A stretch of 64,000 nt of DNA, from assembly GCF_006345805.1 (NCBI RefSeq), contig NW_021833066.1, positions 22,675-86,674 of the forward strand, written 5' to 3'. The notes below the pieces were generated by a model, which had not been told where the DNA came from, made no database searches, and saw only the letters and a list, made by a program, of their open reading frames with translations. Source of the DNA: Octopus sinensis (taxonomy: Eukaryota). Shown here piece after piece: positions 1 through 13,682 of the stretch. Numbering within the stretch: position 1 is the stretch's first letter; each line of letters begins with the position of its first letter. A program made the translations under genes and the position numbers.

Positions 1-217
1 TCTGTCATTTCGAGGGGATGTGTTTTTTTTTTAAAACATATCCACCCGAACTGTAGCGAAACTGAAATGTAAACCTCCGCATTTACAAGCATATTATACA
101 CATGAGGTGTCTTCTTTGCACTGTGTGTTGCATCTGATATTGCGTCGTTCCACGCCCACTATGATGTGACAATAAATGGCTTTTTGGTACACTCCGTCTT
201 CTCCATTAATCTTTAAT

Positions 218-2700
<2,483 letters not shown>

Positions 2701-3052
2701 TAAAATAGAGTGTATAGTGATTAAAAGGAAGTGGAAGTGCAACACGTAGTGACAGATCGCTGACCTTTTCAGTGGTTATCTGTTCTCAGACCAGAAAGTG
2801 TCAACTTTTCAATATAATAACCAAGAAAATAAATATGATTGCAACGATCAGACACTGGCCAAAAATATTAGACATGCTTCATTGATAACAATTTGATAAT
2901 GATTATTTTTGATGAATTTATTTTAAAACGTTGCAGCAATTATAGACTGTTACACTTAGTGGCGTTATTGTTTGTGCTGCTGCTGCTGTTGTTGTTGTTG
3001 TTGTTGTCGTCAATGTAATCATTGTCAGTAATAGCTATAGATTATCTTTCAA

Positions 3053-3083
<31 letters not shown>

Positions 3084-3091
3084 TATTATTA

Positions 3092-3122
<31 letters not shown>

Positions 3123-3682
3123 GAGTGGGAGAGCGGTGCATGCCATCAAAGTGACACTGGGGTAAAATACACGAAGCCCAGTATACCCATCATGACTACC
3201 CGTCTGATAAGGGTACACCAGGTACATGCATCACAACCATATGTGCGCGACATGGAGATGAGATCTCATATCAAGATAAACAGCACATGACCTTGCAGGT
3301 GGGGCTCAGTTAGAATTTTCTTTAGGTCGAGTAACCCATCCCACTCGAAAGGTCCCTGAATGAAGGTTGTTTAAGGATGTTGAACGAAACACCCATGTTT
3401 CCAGAGGTGAATTATTCAAACCCCAAAGAATCCCTCTCAACACACGGCTATGATGCTCCCCTACTACTCCTGCTCGTGATCAGAGATGCACATATCGTCA
3501 GCCACTAAGGGACATGCTCAACTGGTTGAGGTCAAACAACTGACAAGCAAATCTGTGGTATTGAGCAGAATATTTGCTGTAGCCCATCTTTTATACAAAG
3601 ACAAAACAATGTACATGATAACACTTCCAATCAGTTAAGATCAGAAGACATGAGAGCCACTGCCTGGTACTGCATCAGGGCA
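3123..3682. mobile_element. ~560 bp non-coding interspersed element in (ATT)n, copy 1
   Basis: Colinear and highly similar to 9064-9618; (ATT)n on both sides; no recognisable ORF or TIRs. Confidence 0.85.
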
Positions 3683-3775
<93 letters not shown>

Positions 3776-3779
3776 TATT

Positions 3780-4195
3780 AAGGAGGCGGTGAACTGGCAG
3801 AATCTTTATCACGCCAGACGAAATACTAAGCGGTATTTCGTCTGCCGCTACGTTCTGAGTTCAAATTCCTCCGAGGTCGACTTTGCCTTTTATCCTCTCA
3901 GGGTCGATAAATTATGTACCAGTTACGCACTGGGGTCGATGTAATCGACTTATCCGTTTGTCCTCCTTGTTTGGCCCCTCTGCGTTTAGCCCCTTGTGAG
4001 TAGTAAAGAAATAGGTATTTCGCCTGTCGCTATGTTCTGAGTTCAAATTCCGCCGAGGTCGACTTTGCCTTTCATCCTTTCGGGGTCGATAAATTAGCTA
4101 AGCACTTAGCGGCCATTTCGTCCGTCTTTACATTCTAATTTCAAATTCCACCAAAATCGATTTTGCTTTTCACCCTTTCGGGGTCAATGCATTGG
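3780..4195 (+). mobile_element. SINE family 1 dimer/trimer
   Basis: Same motifs and the same AAGAAATAGGTATTTC junction (~4006-4021); a third partial unit follows. Confidence 0.85.
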
Positions 4196-4399
4196 GACCA
4201 ATGTAAATGACTCGGCCCGACCCCAGTTCTCCCATAATTTCTAGTCTTGTGATTATGATAGAAAGGAAAATCGCTTCCAGGTTTTCGACCGAAACGATAA
4301 AGTTCAGTACCTGGGGTTAATTTAATCCACGAACCTCAACCCTAAATATTTCGTTCTCTACTCTGTGAGAAACATTTATTATTATCATTATCCATTATA

Positions 4400-4700
4400 A
4401 GGCAGCGAGTTGGCTGAATCGCTAGCGTGTCGCTCTTAGTTCCAGCTCTTCACATTCTGAGTTCAAATTCCATCGAGGTCGACTAGCTTGGTGCCAAAAT
4501 TTAAAAGATTAAATGTGGTGAACTGGCAGAATCGTTAGAGCGTCGCAAAAATAACTGCTTAGCCGTATTTCTTCTGGTTCTTTACGTCCTGAATTCAAAT
4601 GCCACCTAAGTCGATAATATATGTACCAGTGGAGCACTGGGATGTATGTAATCGGATTCAGCCACATTAGAAATTCCTGACCTTGTGCCAAAATTAGAAA
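4400..4700 (+). mobile_element. Two degenerate SINE family 1 copies (second with alternative tail B)
   Basis: Heads at ~4402 and ~4520; B-box GAGTTCAAATTCC; tail CTTGTGCCAAAATTAGAAA. Confidence 0.65.
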
Positions 4701-4894
4701 GAATTTTTATTATTAATGTTGTTGTTGTTGTCTACCCCTCAGATGAACCGGATCAAACTAAATTATCAAAAGCATTAAAACCCTCACCAGCCCTTGGTTT
4801 TTTCCTTTTTATTCTTCCATAGTGTAGTATCTAAAGTTACACTATTCAATGTACTCATCATGTTTTTTCGCTAGAATGAAGTAGTAGTCCTTAA

Positions 4895-5060
4895 ATTCTT
4901 TTGTACTCTAGGAACAAGGCCCGAAATTTGCAACTGGTACTTAATTTATCGACCCCGAAAGGATGAAAGGAAAAGTCGACCTCGGCGGAATTTGAACTCA
5001 GAACACGAAGACAGACGAAATACTGCTACGCATTTCGCTCGGCGTGCTCGCTCGCCACCC
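4895..5060 (-). mobile_element. SINE family 1
   Basis: Reverse complement of core and B-box (ATCGACCCCGAAAGGATGAAAG...GGAATTTGAACTC). Confidence 0.82.
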
Positions 5061-5727
5061 ACATATTTCTTTACCAAGGTAGGAGTTGAAAAAAACATTT
5101 AAAACTATTTTAATTTTAATAATTATGGCAGTGAGTCTTCCTCTCACAGCCGCCGTTCCTTTCAGATCCGCTGCAGGAAAGAACGACAGAAGTGAGCTAT
5201 TTAACTGCCAATTCTAGCAGGGCGAGCGGCCCCGTAGAGACATAACCCCCACTCATCATCTCTGCTATTGGCTCAGATTAATCTAATTATAACGAGTTGT
5301 GGAGAAACCAACGTAATAAAAATCAAACCTTTCCGCTTTACTAATCACAACCGGAAATTGCATTTACGATGGAGGAATTCAAGTGATATATTGCTCATTT
5401 GAGAATCGAAACTTTGAAGAATTTTATCAGAGTGGTGCCAGTGGGTTCCAAGAATAGATAAATGGTAATAAGAAACAAATAATATTCTACTGGGTCAAGT
5501 TGTTGTTGTTGTTGATGCTGTCATCGTTGTTGTTTTATTTTTGGCGGGGATTAATTAAAATGTTCTCCAAGTCCCCAGCAGAAGATATACGGAGATCAAT
5601 GAAAGCAATTCATTCAAAATTTGATGTGAAATTTAACACCTGCAATTAAGCATTAAGGTAAACCAAAGATATAATTTGTGTGTAGATACTTATATAAATA
5701 CATTTGATACACGCGTTATTATTACTA

Positions 5728-5785
<58 letters not shown>

Positions 5786-6001
5786 CGGTATTATCATTAT
5801 TATCAATATTATTATTACCATTGTTGTTGTTGGTATTATTATTATCATTATTATTATTATTATGACTGCAGCTTACAGCGATAACAGTAAACAAATAAAA
5901 AGAACAAACAAAACGACAGGTTAATGATATGTCGGAGAAAAGGAAAACCAATTCTCAGAGATCATTTTCTTCCCACACATACTTGTATGTATGTGTGTGT
6001 A

Positions 6002-7054
6002 TCTATATATATATATAAAACTGAGAATGTGTGTCTGTCTGTCTGTGTGTTTCCCTAAAACATGAGAACTACACAACCAATTTCATTCAAATTTTATACA
6101 TGCCTTACTTAGGGTCCATGTAGTTTCATGGGCAAAACAATATTCAACTTCTTGCCTAGGGTGAGCTCATAACCATATCATATCTACTCTACTATTTCAG
6201 AATTACGTGTTAAAAATGAAACAAAAACATTTCTCTATTTTATGTCAGATGTTTCACTTTAACAATAAAAATTAGAGATAATAATAACAATTAAGTTATA
6301 TGTAGTAAGTAATAATTAAAACCAAACTAAATTATAATATAATAATTAAATCGTAACATAACAAAAGTAAAAATAGCAATGGTGTAAAATTGCATCAATG
6401 ACTTGAATTTGAATAAGTGGTTTCACATGAATGGGAATAAATTAAAAATAAAATTAGCGTGCAGAAATAGAATAGTCCAGATGGATGATAAAAAATTAAA
6501 TTAAAGAAAAGACTATTGTCCATAAAGTATACAATGTAGAGAATAAAGAAGATTTGAACACCTGGAGGAAAGCACCTTCGAAAAGTGTCTTGGTGCGACT
6601 ATGAAAGATATCTAACCAGAGGCGGTAAATTCGCCACAATAGAAGCAAGGTTCGAGTCAACGGAGCATTCAAGGGAGTACTCGACTCGAACTTGCAAAGT
6701 GGAAATATTTTATTTTTACCTTTATATCTGGGATGTAGGATGTCCCGGATAAAAATTTAAAATGCTCCCCCCAGCAAAAAAAAAGTAGTGGTAGGCTGGA
6801 TTGTAGCCACACTTCTATACAAGAGGGAGGACAAGATACAATTGATCGAAATTGAAAGAGACGGGCTTACAATTCCAGTCTGTTATATATTTTGAGTATT
6901 GTTATCACTAGCGATATCAAGATATAACTTTGTATTTTGTATTTTATGTATAGATGTATATATATTTAGATGTAAACGTAATATGTACACATATATATAC
7001 ACATATATACATGCACTAGCACTATGACCCGGCAACGACGAGTCATAATGCTAG
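6002..7054 (+). mobile_element. Non-autonomous Helitron-type element (~1.05 kb)
   Basis: A|TC 5' end (TCTATATATATAAAA), subterminal CCCGGCAACG-type hairpin, CTAG|T 3' end; no TSD. Confidence 0.6.
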
Positions 7055-7085
<31 letters not shown>

Positions 7086-7094
7086 GTATGTATT

Positions 7095-8220
7095 CTTTTA
7101 TTATTTTATTTTTTAGTGTTTTTAGTTTTAGGACTGAAGCCATGCTGGCGCCCCGACTTTATTTCCTTTCAGTTTTCTTGTCGTTTTGTAGCTGGGAGTT
7201 GATTTATGATAGAATTTGTAGCAGCTGACCTTTCCTGAGTGTATCCTTAAATGGTTTAATATTTCAGTAGAGATACCTTTTATATTTCTGAACAGTTGAA
7301 CAGTTGAGGGCCTCTAAATATCAGGCTGGCACAGTTGAGAGATTTTGCTCGTGATTCCGAAAGTGGTATATTTGGAAGCTGACAGTATCTACCAGTTCGT
7401 GTATTAAATTTCTCTCTAATACCAAAGTTTGGAACTTACCTTTGCAGGGTTTTCTTTACGTGCATTTTAGTATATCTCTCTCCTCAGCGATCAAGAGACG
7501 CAAAGCTTTCAGGTGTTTCCAAACGTTCTTTGTAATCCTTTAGTCTTTTCTATGAAACCGGATGTTTTTGGAGACCAAAACTGTGAGCAGTAATCTAATC
7601 TGCTCAGAACTAAGGTTTTCCATACAGTTACCATAACAACTGATTCTTGTGTCACGAGGCTTCGTAGAATCCATCCTAAAAGATGTCTGCATTTAAAAGT
7701 TAGTTTGGTGATGTAGCAAATGAAAGAGGCATTGTTTCGGGATGTCATTATCGCTCTGAGTTATTGTGTGATTTGGTGTCAAATAATGTGGTTTGTGTGT
7801 AATCTCTCCGTAGTGCAGAACCAGCAATTTTGCTGTATTCATATTCTTTTGGTATGTCCATTGATAAAAGAGATTTAGCTCATTCTGGAGTGTGGTGGCA
7901 TCTTTTGGAGTTTCGATAGCCGTCAATATTTGTGTCATTAGCGTAACACGTTAGGTTGTCCGAGTGCACTTGTGGTGACGATAAATAACAATGGCCCTTG
8001 AGCCGTGCCCAGAGGCACGCTACTTATTACAGGTGACTTGGCGGAGAGAAAACCATTTACAAAAACAGATTGATTCCTACCCTGTAAGTCAAAGAGCCAC
8101 TCTTCGAGTTTTCCTTTGATACCAAGATCTCTGAGCCTATGACAGATGATCCCGTTATCAATCTTGTCAAACGCTTTAGCAAAATCAAGGTTTATACACT
8201 CAGTGTACACTCCTCTTCCA
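7095..8220 (-). mobile_element. CR1/L2-type LINE, RT and 3' end (3' half of the split copy)
   Basis: LDFAKAFDKIDNGIICHRLRDLGI, VPLGTAQGPLLF, GWILRS..VWKTLVLSRLDYCSQFWSP, LQRTF; A-rich tail near 7095-7130. Confidence 0.85.
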
Positions 8221-8969
8221 TTATTATTTTTATTTTGTGTTTGACTTTTGCTTTGCATTTGTACAGGTTGGCTCCAAGTCTCACCCAGAGACCTCAAGAG
8301 ACAACAAATTAGAAGTTCATGTTGGTGTTATGTCTAGGGTGCCATATATTTGGTTTTGTACATAGTGTTGTTCTAGAGAATGTTTAAGAAACCATAAGAA
8401 AATTATGTTTGCTTAAAAACTTGAGATTACATAGAAAGTATTTTGCGTAGGATATGAGCAGTTCCCATGAGCACTATCTTTTGAATTTCTGCCATTTTGG
8501 GGTTTCCTAGTATCTGAGCTAGGTAGCAATCAGCCCCTTTTACTATCATTCCCAGCGCACCTATGACAACAGGTATTGTTTTAGTTTTCAGGTTCCACAT
8601 TTTGATGATTTCTATTTCAAGATCTTTATATTTGCTCAGTTTTTGGTAGGTCTTGAGAGATACGTTTATATCGATTGGGACAGACATATCAAAGAGGAGG
8701 CATGTTCTTTGTCTGAAGTCTTTCAATATGATGTCTGGCCTATTTGCATCTATCTTTCTGTCAGTTTGAATGGTGAAGTTCCAGAGGAGTGAGATATGGT
8801 CATTTTCAAGCACTGGAGGTGGTTTGTGTTCCCACCAATTTTTATCATGGGGCAAGTCCAGGCTTTTGCAAATTAACCAGTGAATATATTGTGCAGCTCT
8901 ATCATGCTTGTTGAGATATTCTGTAGGCGCTAGAAGACTGCACATGGAGACAAAATGATCATTGATTTC

Positions 8970-8970
<1 letters not shown>
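8221..8970 (-). mobile_element. R4/Dong-clade non-LTR 3' fragment (restriction-like endonuclease domain + 3'UTR)
   Basis: ORF 8427-8945: KHDRAAQYIHW, LLWNFTIQTDRKIDANRPDII, KLSKYKDL, IPVVIGALG, LMGTAHILRK. Ends AAATAAAAATAATAAT; (AAT)n at the 5' junction. Confidence 0.87.
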
Positions 8971-9063
<93 letters not shown>

Positions 9064-9618
9064 GAGTGAGAGAGCAGTGCATGCCATCAAAGTGACACTG
9101 GGATAAAATATACGAAGCCCAGTATACCCATCATGACTACCTGTCTGATAAGGTTACACCAGGCACATGCATCACAGCCATATGTGCGAGACATAGTGAT
9201 CTCATATCAAGATAAACAGCACATGACCTTGTAGGTGGGGCCCAGTTGGAATTTTCTTCTTATCGAGTAACCCCTCTCACACAAAAGGTCCCTGAATAAG
9301 GGTTGTTTAAGGATTTTGAATGAAACACCCATGTTTCCAAAGGTGAATTATCCAAACCCCGAAGAATTCCTCTCAACACATGGCTATGATGCTACCCCAC
9401 TACTTCTGCTCCTGTTCAGAGATGCACATATCGTCAGCCACTAAGGGACATGCTCAACTGGTTGAGGTCAAACAACTGACAAGCATATCTGTGGTATTGA
9501 GCAGAATATTTGCTGTAGCCCATCTTTTATACAAAGACAAAACAATGTACATGATAACACTTCCAATCAGTTAAGATCAGAAGCCATGAGAGCCACTGCC
9601 TGGTACTGCATCAGGGCA
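9064..9618. mobile_element. ~560 bp non-coding interspersed element in (ATT)n, copy 2
   Basis: Same ends as copy 1 (GAGTG...CATCAGGGC); (ATT)n on both sides. Confidence 0.85.
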
Positions 9619-9637
9619 TTTATTATTATTATTATTA

Positions 9638-9715
<78 letters not shown>

Positions 9716-9745
9716 CATTATAATAATAATAATAATAATAATAAT

Positions 9746-9800
<55 letters not shown>

Positions 9801-9802
<2 letters not shown>

Positions 9803-10290
9803 ATAGTGTTATGATGCTCTAATAATTGTTACAGGCAACTTCGTCCAGTCCGAAAACTAAGTTGTATATTATCTAAGAGGTTGTTTTCTTCAAGGTACGT
9901 AATGATTCTTCGTCGGACAATGCGTCCGATAATTTTAGTTGTGTGAGATGTGAGAGAATAGGTCTGTAATTTTTTCAGCTTCAACCCAGCTAACTGATAC
10001 TACTGCGTCTTTCTGTAGTTTTGGGAATTGGCCGGTGCCTAGCGACTTTTGAAATAGTGTCTTTAATGGTTTGTCGAGGCTGTGTTTGCACATTTTTCAC
10101 ACTATGGCTGGGAGACCATCTGTTCCAGTTTGCATAATATCTTTAATTTCTAGACGTGCCTCTGCAGTTGAATTCTGAGGATCAAACAATTCGTTTTGAT
10201 TATGTTCTATTTTGTTGATAATGGGTCGGGTGTTAGCTTGTTTACGTTTCCGTAACTTAGTGGTGCGGCAAAGGAGACTGATAAAAAATA
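9801..10290 (-). mobile_element. CR1/L2-type LINE, RT N-terminal part (5' half of a split copy)
   Basis: Translation GTDGLPAIV..CKHSLDKPLKTLFQKSL..., IVRRRIITYLEENNLL..Q.SFRTGRSC..QLLEHHNTI follows the CR1 RT pattern. Confidence 0.78.
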
Positions 10291-10559
10291 AATGCCAGAG
10301 TTTAAATACGACACTACTCCGATCGATTTGTTCGACTAAGCACTTCAAGGCGGTGCCCCAGCATGTCACATTCCAAGGACTGAATAAAGGGAAAGATAAA
10401 TTGTGAAAGATAAAAGACAAGCTTTTTAAGGGGCAATTCTTTTTGTAGTGGCCCTATTAGTTACGCCCTCAGCCACTCTTTCTAACCACACTGATGATAC
10501 GAAAATCACTGAGGTAACCAAGGGCCCTCGCGATGCAGCAAACTGAAATGAATATCTTA

Positions 10560-10732
10560 ATGCCGTTATGTTCTGAGTTCAAATTCCGCCGCGGTCGACT
10601 TTGCCTTTCATTCTTTCGGTGTTGATTAAATAATTAGTTACGCACTGGCGTCGGTGTAATTGCCTTAATTCCATTGTCTGTCCTTGTTTGCCCCCGTCTA
10701 TATTTAACCCCTTGTGGGCAATAAAGAAATAA
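10560..10732 (+). mobile_element. SINE family 1, 5'-truncated, tail A
   Basis: B-box, core and tail CCCTTGTGGGCAATAAAGAAAT. Confidence 0.82.
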
Positions 10733-11274
10733 ATATCTTAATGTAAGTGGGTTGAATTAAATAGCATGCAATTTCATGCTGGAAATTTTTCAAATTCTTC
10801 TTTATTGCCCTCCGAACATTCTACAACCCGTACACACAGGGCCTGGAGGGACTGCAGTTTCAGAGACACAGTCAATGCATAACCTGGGAATAAATATTAA
10901 CAGTGATTCCATCTTTGCATTTTTTCCAAGCACGCATTACCAAAATGGCAATGATGTGCCAAAGACTGGCGACAGGTGTCATTTACTCACACACGCACAC
11001 ACGTGAGCGCATATACCTTAATGTGCCTGTTTTTTTATATCAAGTAATAACAAAATTAATTTAGCATTAATCTAAATAATTACTAAATGTCTACGATACT
11101 CTTAAAAGAAGAGGGATGATAGTGACTTCGAAGTTTCGCCTGACGAAAACTAGCACGCTTCTTGTGACAGTGTAATTTATATAGACAGACAGACAGACGG
11201 ACGGACGGACGAATAGAGATAGATAGATAGATAGACAGACATACAGACATATGTATGTATATATACATACATAT

Positions 11275-11308
<34 letters not shown>

Positions 11309-11326
11309 GTATGCATGTATACATAC

Positions 11327-11358
<32 letters not shown>

Positions 11359-12419
11359 ATATATATATATGTATATATTTATTTATATTATATTGAGGGT
11401 ACTACTATTCGTAGATACCAACACGCTAAGAGGGACCAATGCGGTCAAAACTACTAAAAATAAACAAAATTTTACCGAATGCAAAACTTCAAAACACATC
11501 ATTTTAAAAAAGAATTCAGTTACATATCACATGTGATTTCGCATTTAATGCAGAATATGCATTTCATGTTCATCAGTGCAACAAACTCAAGAAATATAAG
11601 AAAAAACATAACGTTACAAGCTCGATAGCCAACCGTAGAATTCGTCGTAGCATGTACGAATGTTTATCTTTACATATCTATGAAAATGGCGGGCTTATTC
11701 GCAATGCATTTCGGTAAAAATTGTCTAGTCGGTGAAAAATATAAATTAACAATTGAGGATAAAATCTTTAAAAGAAATTATCAGTAGTCAGCGTGAAAAA
11801 CCTCGTAAGAGAAAAAATCCGTAAATTCTTCCTCTTTGAAAATATTCATTTATATTATATATACATATATATATGTTTGTAGATATATGCATATACATAC
11901 ATACTTATTTATATTTACACATATAATTATCCACACAATAAGGAAACAAAAACTCCATCTCGTGACGCTTAAAATCTAACCAACCAAGTAATATCAATAA
12001 AATGGTCCAATTGAAAGAATTTAGGATAACATAGAAATTGCAGTATAGGGGAGGATTTCTTCCAAGCATTTCACTTATCTGAATTTATTAGAGTTATCTT
12101 TTACTTGGTTTCATATGGCAGAACACCCTAGGGGGAGTATCTGTCTATTGATTTCATGTATAGGATAATCGAAGTTTCTCGGCACACTCTATTGCAAATG
12201 TGCCAACTTTCTTCAAAAGTATTAAGTATGCAGAGGTAGTTTTTCTCTCAGCCATTAGGTGCATATGCTTACATTCTACAAGTAATGCTGGTGCAGTAGA
12301 TGAAGTTAATAACACCGCTTCTTGGTTCGTACAAGGTAGACCCGGCAACATCGATCCTGAAAAGTGACAGGTTTATCATTAAACAACAGCAGCAATTCAA
12401 ACGTTCACAATTACTTTCC

Positions 12420-12650
12420 GGCTAGCTGGCAGAACCGTTAGCACGCCGGGCGAAATGCGTAGCCGTATTTCGTCTGCCGTTACGTTCTGAGTTCAAATTC
12501 CGCCGAGGTCAACTTTACCTTTCATCCTTTCGGGGTCGATGAATTAAGTACCAGTTACGCACTGGGGCCGATATAATCGACTTAATCCTTTTGTCTGACC
12601 TTGTATGTACCGTCTGTGTTTAGCTCCTTGTGGGTAGTAAAGAAATAGGT
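12420..12650 (+). mobile_element. SINE family 1, full monomer, tail A
   Basis: Complete head, core and tail ending GTAAAGAAATAGGTA. Confidence 0.88.
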
Positions 12651-13077
12651 ACACAATAACTTTCCGATCGAATCCAGAACGGTGCCTCTATGCTCTTGCT
12701 CACCCTTTGAGAAATAGCAGTTAAGTCACACTTAACTTTCAACCTACATTCGTTAGTTTTATACGACAAAATTTCCAGTTTTTCCACGATGCCAAGATCA
12801 CGCAATTTGCAACACCCCAAAAGACATAATACGGCATCTAGAATTGAGGCTAGTAAACTGTTATACTTTGTTAATTTGTTAATTCTCCTCTTTGGGGCAG
12901 AAACTTAGACAAATATACACAGCAAAGGAGAAAAGAGAAGCGTTTACAATGTGGATCTTTCACAAATTAGGAAGAACGAGCTGGAAAGAGAGGCTGCCAA
13001 ATGCTGCCTTTCTAGAAAAAGCAGAAAGTCCAACGACACCTATTGTCGAGAATCAAATTCATAACGCTTTCATATCT

Positions 13078-13280
13078 TGAGGCGGAGAGAATCGTTTTCG
13101 ACCCACGAAAGTCCTTAGCGGAATGTCTTCCGACTTTGCGTTCTTAGTTCAAATATCACCGGTGTTATTTTTGTCTTTTATTCTGTCGGAGATCGATAAA
13201 ATAAATATCAGTGGAACACTGGGGACGATGTATTCGACTTATCCCTTCTCCCAGAATTGCTAGTCTCCTACTAAAATTTG
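13078..13280 (+). mobile_element. Degenerate SINE family 1, tail B
   Basis: Decayed head and core; tail GAATTGCTAGTCTCCTACTAAAATTTGAAATC. Confidence 0.6.
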
Positions 13281-13489
13281 AAATCAATGCTGTCATATCT
13301 TGAGCCACAAGTCATTGCCCAAGACCGATTCTGACTGGAAGCGGTGGCAGAGAAGAGAACCAGAAGCCGTAGAAGACGTCTGTGGAGAACATACAATAAA
13401 AAAAGAGGCAGAGTTGTAGAGTATTGGCAAGATGAATACGGATTACAGGAAGGGCACCTGGCAGGTGATGTGTGACAAGGTAATCAGAT

Positions 13490-13682
13490 GTTAAAGGCGG
13501 GGCGAAATGCTTAGCGGCATTTCGTCCGTCTTTACGTTCTGATTTTAAATTCCGCCGAGGTTGACTTTGCATTTTATCCCTTCGAAATCAATAGAATAAG
13601 TACCAGCGGAGCATTGGTGAATATAATCGATTTAGCCACATCCTCGAAAATTGCCGGCATTGTGCCATAATTTGAAACCAAT
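13490..13682 (+). mobile_element. SINE family 1, tail B
   Basis: GGGCGAAATGCTTAGCGGCATTTCG, core, tail AATTGCCGGCATTGTGCCATAATTTGAAACCAAT. Confidence 0.75.

Noticed and set aside
1-210. Cys-rich minus frame (RRNIRCNTQC...CKCGGLHF) resembling a piggyBac C-terminal domain
   Set aside because: Contains an in-frame stop, spacing is imperfect, there are no TIR/TTAA ends, and it is cut by the window edge.
10485-10520. CTGATGATACGAAA as a hammerhead core
   Set aside because: No room for stem II; it reads DDTKI, the catalytic motif of a CR1 RT scrap.
11121-11150. CGAAACTTCGAAGTC-like motif (also ~59780-59800 and ~60882-60907) as hammerhead stem III
   Set aside because: No correctly placed CUGANGA or stem I in any of the three; may be remnants of a small repeat.
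12650-13080. Small ORFs as genes
   Set aside because: They look like scraps of CR1 (CKLRDLGI) and RTE-type LINE sequence, too short to call firmly.
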